DNA from: Vulcanisaeta sp. AZ3
Lineage (GTDB): Archaea; Thermoproteota; Thermoprotei; Thermoproteales; Thermocladiaceae
NCBI GenBank assembly: GCA_000960865.2
Contig: JZWU02000026.1
Coordinates: forward strand, 1 to 22,402
Direction: 5' to 3'
DNA length: 22,402 nt
Shown: in pieces, positions 1-7,345 of the stretch
Position numbering within the stretch: position 1 is the first letter of the stretch
How the letters are laid out: the number at the start of each line of letters is the position of its first letter
Made by a program: the position numbers and the translations under genes
Notes under the pieces: generated by a model
Database searches by the model: none
Told to the model about the DNA's origin: nothing
Seen by the model: the letters and a program-made list of their open reading frames with translations, nothing else

Positions 1-38
1 GAGATTTTCGTTAAGGGTGAGATAAGAGCCCTAGAGGC

Positions 39-1010
39 TTAAGATGACCAACCAATGAAGTAATCCCAACCCCTATACCTAAGTAATGAATCCCTATAAT
101 AAACCCCCTTTCCCTTCTCAACCTTTCCAAACACTTCAAAACCAAGTCTCCTAAACTCCCCAACACAATCATTCCTTACCGCAAATATGGGAAGGAACTC
201 CTCACCGCCATTAAACACGATCTCCTCAATATTAGCATTAAATAATGTACTCACGGATTCAATAAGGTCATTATCTGTAGGTAATTTATCAACTATTATT
301 TTAACATCACCATCATTAGACATGGTCCATAGGACCTTACCAAGCCCATCACTTGAATCCATGCTAGCCGATATACAATCTCCATATCTCAATAGATCAT
401 TCAACATATCAATCCGCGGTTCAGGTCTTCTCAACATATCAATGCCCCTCCTAACAATATCAAGGTCAACCCATCTATCAAGTTCATTACTATAGTATAG
501 TCTGAATATAAGCCCTGTGTAACCAAATTTAGGGATTGTAATCAATACATCACCAACCCTGGGCTCTCTACCAATTACATTGCTCATTACAAGACCAAGA
601 GCAGCTACATCAATTACATTATCGGCTCCCTCATTCAAATCACCACCTAGGTACTTCATTCCGAAGTGTACAGCTCCTTCATTCAATCCCCTCACCAGCT
701 CCCTAAAATCCTCAAGATATACACTGCTCCTTAGGGTTATTGATACTAAGGCATACATCGGCTTACTAAGCTTAACCAGGAAATCGCTCGCTACCGAAGC
801 CATGACCTTCCAACCCATGTCATAGAAGTCCATAAAGGGTAGTTTAGATGTTGTTAGGGATATGCCATCGATCTTTATGGCAAGTTCGTTACCATTCAAG
901 TTCACAAACTCTAAGTCATTATCTTCAAAGTAATTAATAATGCCCTTAATAATGCCTATCAGGCTTGTTTCTCCAACCCCTCTTATCACCTTGCCCTTAT
1001 TAGAACTCAT
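39..1010 (-). CDS. thiL: thiamine-monophosphate kinase (PurM-like family)
   Basis: N-terminal GE.xLI motif, KIDG, 'YDMGWKVMASVASD', LGGDLN, SMDSSDGL and GGEEF motifs typical of ThiL. Confidence 0.85.
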   Translation of the reverse strand: MSSNKGKVIRGVGETSLIGIIKGIINYFEDNDLEFVNLNGNELAIKIDGISLTTSKLPFMDFYDMGWKVMASVASDFLVKLSKPMYALVSITLRSSVYLEDFRELVRGLNEGAVHFGMKYLGGDLNEGADNVIDVAALGLVMSNVIGREPRVGDVLITIPKFGYTGLIFRLYYSNELDRWVDLDIVRRGIDMLRRPEPRIDMLNDLLRYGDCISASMDSSDGLGKVLWTMSNDGDVKIIVDKLPTDNDLIESVSTLFNANIEEIVFNGGEEFLPIFAVRNDCVGEFRRLGFEVFGKVEKGKGVYYRDSLLRYRGWDYFIGWSS

Positions 1011-1061
1011 TCTTTAATCTCGTTTCTCCGCACCTTAATTTATTTTTACCTGCTCCTATAC

Positions 1062-1436
1062 TCACTCGATAGTCTCCTCGATGAATTTAAGTATGTCCTC
1101 AGGACCTGCGCTCTGCTTTACGACATCCCAAAGCTTAGAATCCCTACACAACTTATACCTAATAATACTCCTGCTACTATCAACCTGCAGATATCCCTTA
1201 TCGTTAAGTTGCTTGAGAACATGCTTAACTAGAGTTAGGACCACGGGTATTGCCTCATTAAACTCTGCATATTCGAGAATCTTCTTCGGCGTAAAGCTCA
1301 CGCAGGTTCCCCTGGCGTACTTAACAGCAACCCACAATCCTCTCGATACTAATTCCTCTATCTTTCTGAAGTCCGCGTAAATATTGGTTATTTGAGTCAT
1401 TGAGTATACGTAGACAGCAGAATTTAAAGGGTTCAC
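1062..1436 (-). CDS. hypothetical protein, probable winged-helix DNA-binding protein
   Basis: 124-aa ORF (alternative start ATG at 1400); 'VKHVLKQLNDKGYLQV...RYKL' resembles a wHTH recognition helix plus wing; AT-rich TATA-like element upstream at ~1483-1495. Confidence 0.6.
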   Translation of the reverse strand: MNPLNSAVYVYSMTQITNIYADFRKIEELVSRGLWVAVKYARGTCVSFTPKKILEYAEFNEAIPVVLTLVKHVLKQLNDKGYLQVDSSRSIIRYKLCRDSKLWDVVKQSAGPEDILKFIEETIE

Positions 1437-1443
1437 GATTAAC

Positions 1444-1475
1444 TACGTATACGTATTAGTCCTGTATTTACAGGA
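1444..1475. promoter_or_regulatory. two adjacent palindromes, candidate operator sites
   Basis: TACGTATACGTA (1444-1455, perfect 12-bp palindrome) and TCCTGTA-TT-TACAGGA (1460-1475), lying between the TATA-like element and the start of ORF 1062-1436. Confidence 0.4.
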
Positions 1476-1542
1476 ATATGTATTATATATTTATGCCTGT
1501 ACCTACGGTCAACATAACGTCAAAAATATTATCCGTATACAT

Positions 1543-2439
1543 TTATAAATTAATCATAGGTGGGTGTGGAGTAAGGAGGAGTAATACTGCCAGGGATATT
1601 GTGGCTATTACTGCGGTCACTATTAAATTTACATCCTCATTCTCAAGGTCGTAATTACCCATAATTCTCAAGGTTCTTGCACCACATACATGAACGTTTT
1701 TATCAGTCATTATACCGCACCTTGGGCATATATACTTAGGTTGTAATAATGCTCCAAGGATGCTATCGAGAACCTCACCAAGGTAACCTAACACTAGTAT
1801 CACTACCGGAGTTCTAGGATCAATTGCATTAAGGATACCGAGGTATTTAAGTAGGTATTGGGTGCCGAGGTATACCAGGGCTATGGTTGATGAACCCAAT
1901 AGAGAACTAATTTCACCTAATGGAGTTATACCACCTGACACGCCAGGATCTACCTTTGCCCAGGGCCTCGTTATTAGACGCGGCTTTGATTTACTCAGTA
2001 CTCCAAGCTCCGAGGCCCACGTATCCGCATTGGAATAGGCGATGCTTGTTGCTGATGCAGCGGCTAGTAATTGGAAAATACTGATGTTATTTGCGAGGTA
2101 CGCAACACCTGCCGAGAGGGCTAGAGCGCTAGGCACCAACCCAACAGCCAATACTTGCTTCCAATTCCTACCCTTAATATCTTCAGCAGTTCCAAGTTCC
2201 TCCTTCTTCTCAACGCCAATTTTAGTAAGGATGCTAGAACTGCCTAGAAATGTTGCGAAGGGTATTATTAATGATGGACCACCCATAAGTATCATGAAGC
2301 CAACAAGTGCGGATGGCATGATAGCATCTTTCGTAATAACCCTAAACCTCAAAGCCGCATAGGTCAATAATAACGATACTATCAATGCACCAACCACGAT
2401 GACTGAGTACTCAAGTATTACATAATCAATATGCATCAT
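1543..2439 (-). CDS. DUF92/TMEM19-family membrane protein
   Basis: Multiple TM segments; motifs GRNWKQVLA, ADTWASELG, PGVSGGITPLGE, DSILGALLQ.KY.CP.CG and NEDVN. Confidence 0.9.
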   Translation of the reverse strand: MMHIDYVILEYSVIVVGALIVSLLLTYAALRFRVITKDAIMPSALVGFMILMGGPSLIIPFATFLGSSSILTKIGVEKKEELGTAEDIKGRNWKQVLAVGLVPSALALSAGVAYLANNISIFQLLAAASATSIAYSNADTWASELGVLSKSKPRLITRPWAKVDPGVSGGITPLGEISSLLGSSTIALVYLGTQYLLKYLGILNAIDPRTPVVILVLGYLGEVLDSILGALLQPKYICPRCGIMTDKNVHVCGARTLRIMGNYDLENEDVNLIVTAVIATISLAVLLLLTPHPPMINL

Positions 2440-2534
2440 ATAACGCCCTAATAGAGTCTTTTAAGTATTATTTTTAAGAACCATTGAGGTTACTAAGGCA
2501 TTTAATACCGCACATTAATAAAATAATAGTTTGC

Positions 2535-2583
2535 ATGATGATGCAGAGTTACGCAGATTGATGAAGAGAACTTACCCAACTGA
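2535..2583 (+). ncRNA. C/D-box 2'-O-methylation guide sRNA
   Basis: Box C ATGATGA (2535-2541), 12-nt guide, box D' CAGA (2554-2557), box C' TTGATGA (2558-2564), 15-nt guide, box D CTGA (2580-2583); intergenic; both guides are complementary to conserved 23S rRNA segments as I recall them. Confidence 0.88.
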
Positions 2584-2742
2584 GATCTGTTATCCTTCGA
2601 GTTAAGCATGAGAAATTATAAGTCAATGGCCCTTAAAGATATCTCTACCTTAATTTAAGAAGAGACCAGTCGATAGAGCATGTTCTTCTTAAACCTATAT
2701 GCTTAGAAAGGTATTTATATTAAGTGTTTGTTGTGGGCTTCG

Positions 2743-3159
2743 ATGGGTCGTAGGAGGAAAAGTCGTAAGAAGATACTGCTCAAACCCAAGAAAACATTAC
2801 CTAAGATATTCACATGCCCGCACTGTGGCGCACAATTAGTTAATGTGAAAATCGATAAGAGGGAGGGAAGGGTATTGGTTAACTGCGGTAATTGTGGGCT
2901 CGAGGCTGAATTCAATTACATACCCGGGTTACTACCTGTAGATTACTTCAACAAGTTCGTAGACCTATATTATCAGGGTAGTATTAAACCAAAGAGGGAG
3001 GTAACAATATCCCTGACACAACTCCAAGCAAACAACTCATCGCACAATGAGGAACAAGAAACGCCGGAAGGAACCGAGGAGGTTAGTGAAATTAGTGAGA
3101 ATTCTGAAGGGGATATAGAGGATACGTATATTGAGGAGAGTGAATATACCGAGGAGTGA
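2743..3159 (+). CDS. elf1: transcription elongation factor Elf1 homolog with acidic C-terminal tail
   Basis: MGRRRK...LPKIFTCPHCG...CGNCG...PVDYFNKFVD zinc-ribbon signature; ATG at 2743 preferred over the upstream TTG; TATA-like TTTATATTA about 25 nt upstream. Confidence 0.9.
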   Translation: MGRRRKSRKKILLKPKKTLPKIFTCPHCGAQLVNVKIDKREGRVLVNCGNCGLEAEFNYIPGLLPVDYFNKFVDLYYQGSIKPKREVTISLTQLQANNSSHNEEQETPEGTEEVSEISENSEGDIEDTYIEESEYTEE

Positions 3160-3188
3160 TACTTAAAATCTCATGAAATTAATCATTA

Positions 3189-3986
3189 ATGGTAATGAAG
3201 ATTAAGGATTACTTGCTTAATAGAATGGCTGAGTTAGGTACAATACACATGACGCTCCTCGATCCAGACAAGGTAACAATAAAGGAATTCAAGGATTTAG
3301 CGTTTATGGTCCAGAAATACGGGAGTGATGCATTAATGGTTGGTGGTTCTCTGGGCGTATCGGAAGGTCAACTGGATGAGTACCTAGATGCCATTAAAAA
3401 CTCACTAAAGATACCCATAATACTATTTCCAGGTAGTATAGCAAATCTAAGTAGATACGCGGATGCTGTCTTCTTCCTAAGCGTATTAAATAGCGTTGAT
3501 CCCTACTTCATAGTTGATGCCCAAGTACAAGCATCCGTATTATTAATTAAGAGATTTAGGAATCTTGAACCTATATCATTGGCCTATGTAATAATTGGTG
3601 ATGGTGGTGCAGTAGGTTATGTAAGTCACGCAAGGCCAATACCCTACGATAGAGATGATATTGCGTTGGCTTATGCATATACAGCTCAATTAATAGGTTT
3701 TGACATGATATACTTAGAAGCTGGTAGTGGTGCCCGTGAGCCCATAAGGCCCAAGATGGTCTCCAGGGTTAAATCCCTAGTCACTAAGCCCGTTATTGTT
3801 GGTGGTGGTATTAAAGATCCAGATAAAGCAGCAGAAATAGCCTTAGCTGGCGCTGACGCCATAGTCACAGGTACGATTGCAGAAGAGAACCCCGAACTAC
3901 TTAAGGATATAGTGAGAGCCGCCCATGAGGGTGGAATCACTAGGAGGAACTCAAAGAGGGGCCAGGAATTTCAGGAGAATCACTAA
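3189..3986 (+). CDS. geranylgeranylglyceryl phosphate (GGGP) synthase, PcrB family
   Basis: HMTLLDPDK, MVGGSLG, PIILFPG, SVLNS.DPYFI, YLEAGSGA, VGGGIK and IVTGTI motifs. Confidence 0.93.
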   Translation: MVMKIKDYLLNRMAELGTIHMTLLDPDKVTIKEFKDLAFMVQKYGSDALMVGGSLGVSEGQLDEYLDAIKNSLKIPIILFPGSIANLSRYADAVFFLSVLNSVDPYFIVDAQVQASVLLIKRFRNLEPISLAYVIIGDGGAVGYVSHARPIPYDRDDIALAYAYTAQLIGFDMIYLEAGSGAREPIRPKMVSRVKSLVTKPVIVGGGIKDPDKAAEIALAGADAIVTGTIAEENPELLKDIVRAAHEGGITRRNSKRGQEFQENH

Positions 3987-4124
3987 TACTGATATTGCAA
4001 TTCCTAAGAAAATCACAAGCTGCGGGCTTAACTTAATACGTTCTATCTCCTTAGCTTCATTAAATTTAACAAGTCCGGCGGCTATAAATGGAGACATACC
4101 CGAGGTACGTCTACGCCTAGGCAT
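3951..4124 (-). CDS. secG: preprotein translocase subunit Sec61beta (archaeal SecG equivalent)
   Basis: Not in the ORF track. Manual translation gives MPRRRRTSGMSPFIAAGLVKFNEAKEIERIKLSPQLVIFLGIAISVLVILLKFLAPL (57 aa): basic N-terminus, AGLV.F motif, KL.P followed by a single C-terminal TM helix. Confidence 0.88.
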   Translation of the reverse strand: MPRRRRTSGMSPFIAAGLVKFNEAKEIERIKLSPQLVIFLGIAISVLVILLKFLAPL

Positions 4125-4189
4125 CAAATATTCTAGGGAACCCTAGGGGTTAAAAAGCATTCTAACTCCTATTAAGCGATCATCTACAT

Positions 4190-4400
4190 TAAAACGAACG
4201 CCTCGCCTTTTATGGCAGTTTATTCGTTAGTTCCTTAGATACTGAAGAGCGATTGTTATTATTGGTTAGATGGAGTTTGGAAATTGAGGCCTTAATTCTC
4301 ATTCCCCCTCGCCCTTAACCAAATGGGCTGGGTCCTTGCCTCTCCAATGGCCAATGAAACTCTGAATGCGGAGAGGACCCCAACGGGGAGGAGTCGGGTA
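4190..4400 (+). mobile_element. degenerate non-autonomous IS200/IS605-family (TnpB-type) remnant
   Basis: GCCTCGCCTTTTATGGC (~4200-4216), CCTCGCCCTT (~4307-4316) and CGGGGAGGAGTCGG (~4384-4397) resemble recalled archaeal IS605/IS1341 terminal motifs (CCTCGCCCTTTAGGGCGGGGAGGAGGTCAG); GC-rich hairpin at 4330-4380; no ORF; boundaries approximate. Confidence 0.55.
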
Positions 4401-4464
4401 GATTATTCTATAATATATTCCTCACGGCTTAAACGCTATTTTACCATCAGTTAAGGTTATTCTG

Positions 4465-5037
4465 TTAGGTTAAGGGTTCAATGCGAATGTTCATGTCCCT
4501 ACCTGGCGGTGGTTTAATTATAGAGTTACCGCTCGGGTCCTCAATAATTATTGTAAATCTAAATTTACCCTTAAGGGCATCTTGAACCTTATCTCTAAAT
4601 TCCCTTAGCCTATTTCTTACGGTCTTATCCTGATCATTTAAAACCTCCATTTTATCGGCAATATCCAGCATCCTCAATAGTAATCCCTCCATTGTGGTAA
4701 TCATAGCCTCAGCCTCGGGGCCAGGGTTAATTTCAAACCCCAACTCAGGGCTGTGTATCCTGGCATTCTTTGACCTAAATATGTATGTCCTATACACATC
4801 TTCTTCATCCTTAACTTCATACATTATCCTTGACGGTCCCTTGGATTCGAGGTACTGAATGTCAACACTTTTATAACCACAACTTGAACATACGTTACTA
4901 TATAGTAGTAGGTCTCCAAAAGACGGATCATTGTATAAGGTCTCCATGACATGTAGGGTATTCCTACCGCATACAGGGCATGTCTCAATACCAGTATATA
5001 TTACCTTACCGTGAATGCTTAGATTATTATCACTCAT
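4465..5037 (-). CDS. ZPR1-type zinc finger protein
   Basis: CPVCG...FG....CSSCGYK, SPELGFEINPGP, ITTMEGLL and FTIIIEDPSGNSII motifs. Confidence 0.92.
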   Translation of the reverse strand: MSDNNLSIHGKVIYTGIETCPVCGRNTLHVMETLYNDPSFGDLLLYSNVCSSCGYKSVDIQYLESKGPSRIMYEVKDEEDVYRTYIFRSKNARIHSPELGFEINPGPEAEAMITTMEGLLLRMLDIADKMEVLNDQDKTVRNRLREFRDKVQDALKGKFRFTIIIEDPSGNSIIKPPPGRDMNIRIEPLT

Positions 5038-5114
5038 TATACATTATCGTAAGCCACTCCCTATTTAAAACATTGCATGGTGAGTGTATAATATTTAATA
5101 AGGGGTGTTCATTA

Positions 5115-5435
5115 ATGCGGTTGATGAGCACGGTACAATCAAGTTGGTGGCTTGCAGCATTCGCTATAATAGCCGCGTTAATAGTTGTTCTTTTCATATT
5201 AGGCTTTTGGAATGTCGTGTATACACCAGGTGCCTCCTCACTATGTACAAGTCCCTTCACTCTTATGGAAATACTAACTTTAATACTAACGATAGCCGGT
5301 GCTTATCTTCTCATGAACTACCTAGGTAGGGGTAAAGTGAGCGACCTATTGTTGATTTTATTCGTAGTGCTCATTGTGATCTTTGCGATAAGTCTATACC
5401 TACTATCAGTGTCATCATACGCAGGTATATGTTGA
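5115..5435 (+). CDS. small membrane protein with three TM segments, unknown function
   Basis: Three hydrophobic segments; ATG at 5115 (or 5124) chosen because the longer ORF overlaps ZPR1 and TTTAATA lies just upstream. Confidence 0.7.
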   Translation: MRLMSTVQSSWWLAAFAIIAALIVVLFILGFWNVVYTPGASSLCTSPFTLMEILTLILTIAGAYLLMNYLGRGKVSDLLLILFVVLIVIFAISLYLLSVSSYAGIC

Positions 5436-5463
5436 GGATTAAATGCTTAAATAATAATTAACC

Positions 5464-5910
5464 ATGCCCAATCAAATGGATTGCGTATTCTGTAAGATAG
5501 TAAGACATGAGGGTCCCGCGTATGTAATTTACGAAGATGAATACGTAATTGCCATACTCGACAAATACCCAATAAGTAAGGGACACACATTAGTGATGCC
5601 TAAGAGGCATTATAGGGTTATAACGGAGATGCCTGATGATGAACTGTATCATGTTATTAGGGTTACTAAAATAGTGGCATCAGCCGTTATCAAAGCCCTC
5701 AACGCACCTGGAGTTAGGATTGTGCAAAATAATGGAGCTGAAGCAGGCCAAGTAATATTCCATGTACACTTCCACGTGATACCAATGACTGGGCATATAC
5801 TTGGTAGACACCACCTAACGGATGAAGAGGGTCGTGAGGTATCATCATTGTTATCTAGGACTATTAAGGAAATGCTCAGCAATAGGCAATCTTTTAAAAC
5901 ATGTCCATGA
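5464..5910 (+). CDS. HIT (histidine triad) family hydrolase
   Basis: DCVFCKIV, GHTLVMPKRH and NNG..AGQVIFHVHFHVIP (HxHxH). Confidence 0.95.
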   Translation: MPNQMDCVFCKIVRHEGPAYVIYEDEYVIAILDKYPISKGHTLVMPKRHYRVITEMPDDELYHVIRVTKIVASAVIKALNAPGVRIVQNNGAEAGQVIFHVHFHVIPMTGHILGRHHLTDEEGREVSSLLSRTIKEMLSNRQSFKTCP

Positions 5911-6221
5911 ACTCCCTAATAATGGAAATCTTCGGCTTAACACTCATCCAGATAGTTAGTATAGTAGGTCTATTTGTCCTTGGACTACTTGTTGGCATAT
6001 TAGTAAGGAAATTGTTAAGCGTTGCCCTAATCATACTAGCCATAGTGATACTTGCAATAGCCCTAGGCTACCTAAGCCCAGCAACCTTAGCCTCACTACT
6101 CCATTATGCAGGTTATGCAGCATCAATAGCATATACCAAGGTTCAACAATTCATGAGCGTAATACCCTACTCATCACTGGCCTTCATAATAGGCCTGGTC
6201 ATTGGCTTAGTAAAGGGTTAG
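5901..6221 (+). CDS. small membrane protein (FUN14-like topology)
   Basis: Hydrophobic segments with GLLVG..VRK and a C-terminal F..GL.IGL.KG; overlaps the end of the HIT gene. Confidence 0.65.
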   Translation: MSMNSLIMEIFGLTLIQIVSIVGLFVLGLLVGILVRKLLSVALIILAIVILAIALGYLSPATLASLLHYAGYAASIAYTKVQQFMSVIPYSSLAFIIGLVIGLVKG

Positions 6222-6223
6222 GC

Positions 6224-7294
6224 TTAGTTGAGATAGGAGACCTTAAGGTTAGACCTATAGAGAAAGTCGAGGAATGAGTCGAAGGATTGGTCATATAGAC
6301 GTGGTTTATATACCATGGCTTCTTTATTACTAATAAATACGAAACCTGTACGTGTAGGCGCATCATCAGAATGTCTACTAATGGCATCGGCAAAGTCCTG
6401 ACTCGGCTTCCATCCTATCACCATAACTCTATCCTCCTCTGCATGATAATCAAGAAGACGTTTACTGGGTAATACCCAGGGACATAGCAGTATTAGCTCT
6501 CTACCTCCCTCGCCGAATACTGTATAGACAACACCACACCTAACAACCTTACTATACATATATTGACCATGGGGGCCAAGAGCTCTCCTAAGGGACCTGG
6601 CACCAGAATCCTTCATCTCATGAATTAAAGCCCTGAGCTCTTGAACATCAATAATGGGGCTAAGTATGGGTTCGCCTAATGAGCCATCAACTATGTTATC
6701 AATCCTAGTGTCACGAATAAGGTCCTTAAAATCTAAGCCGTAGATAGCCCTAAACAACCAGCCAATGGGCTTCGCGTTAAATGCTGCAGCTTCAATGATG
6801 AGTAACCCCTTAACATTAACATTACTCAGTACTTCCCTTATATTTGGTGCCATCACACTGCTCGATATCGCAAGGAATCTAGATATTAAGTATTCAGGCA
6901 CAAAGAGGATGTCCTTAGATCTATGCATTAGGACACCAGCCCTAATTAGATTCTCAAGAGTATTCTCACTAAAGCCCATAAGCCTAAACTGAACCCTTAG
7001 TACGGATTCAAGACCACCAAGTCCCATGTATCTAGCAAGTGCGTAAGCAGCATCACCAAGGCCCCTAATCCTATCCATGACATAGTCAGCTAATAAATCG
7101 TAAAGCCTCCTAATTACATTATTAATACCCTCACCCAATGAAGATTTAAGATCCTTGGCCTGCCTGCATATGTCAATGTAAGAATCTCCATATCTCAGCT
7201 GGGCATCTCTTACTAATGTCCCTTCCTCATCATCAACATAGTTAATTAACTGATAAAGGCATTCCAAAACCTCAGGGTTAGGTTGCTTATTCAC
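6224..7294 (-). CDS. hypothetical protein
   Basis: 356-aa ORF with normal amino-acid composition; 'LENLIRAGVL' could be a wHTH-like segment; no family recognised. Confidence 0.7.
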   Translation of the reverse strand: MNKQPNPEVLECLYQLINYVDDEEGTLVRDAQLRYGDSYIDICRQAKDLKSSLGEGINNVIRRLYDLLADYVMDRIRGLGDAAYALARYMGLGGLESVLRVQFRLMGFSENTLENLIRAGVLMHRSKDILFVPEYLISRFLAISSSVMAPNIREVLSNVNVKGLLIIEAAAFNAKPIGWLFRAIYGLDFKDLIRDTRIDNIVDGSLGEPILSPIIDVQELRALIHEMKDSGARSLRRALGPHGQYMYSKVVRCGVVYTVFGEGGRELILLCPWVLPSKRLLDYHAEEDRVMVIGWKPSQDFADAISRHSDDAPTRTGFVFISNKEAMVYKPRLYDQSFDSFLDFLYRSNLKVSYLN

Positions 7295-7345
7295 CTCATC
7301 ACCGAGAAAGTATTAGGACTACCCTTTTTAAATGCTCATTATCTT

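Noticed and set aside
187-825. Plus-strand ORFs 187-495 and 580-825, and similar antisense ORFs across the window (e.g. 1081-1380, 2042-2362, 7669-7998, 8173-8646, 12054-12998, 16846-17136, 21862-22110)
   Set aside because: They lie antisense within confidently identified or better-supported genes and have the Ser/Leu/Ile/Pro-rich composition of shadow frames.
3925-4146. 73-aa plus-strand ORF
   Set aside because: It is the antisense shadow of the Sec61beta gene at 3951-4124.
4133-4146. CTAGGG-AA-CCCTAG inverted repeat just upstream of the Sec61beta start
   Set aside because: The arms are only 6 bp, which is too little evidence to call a regulatory site.
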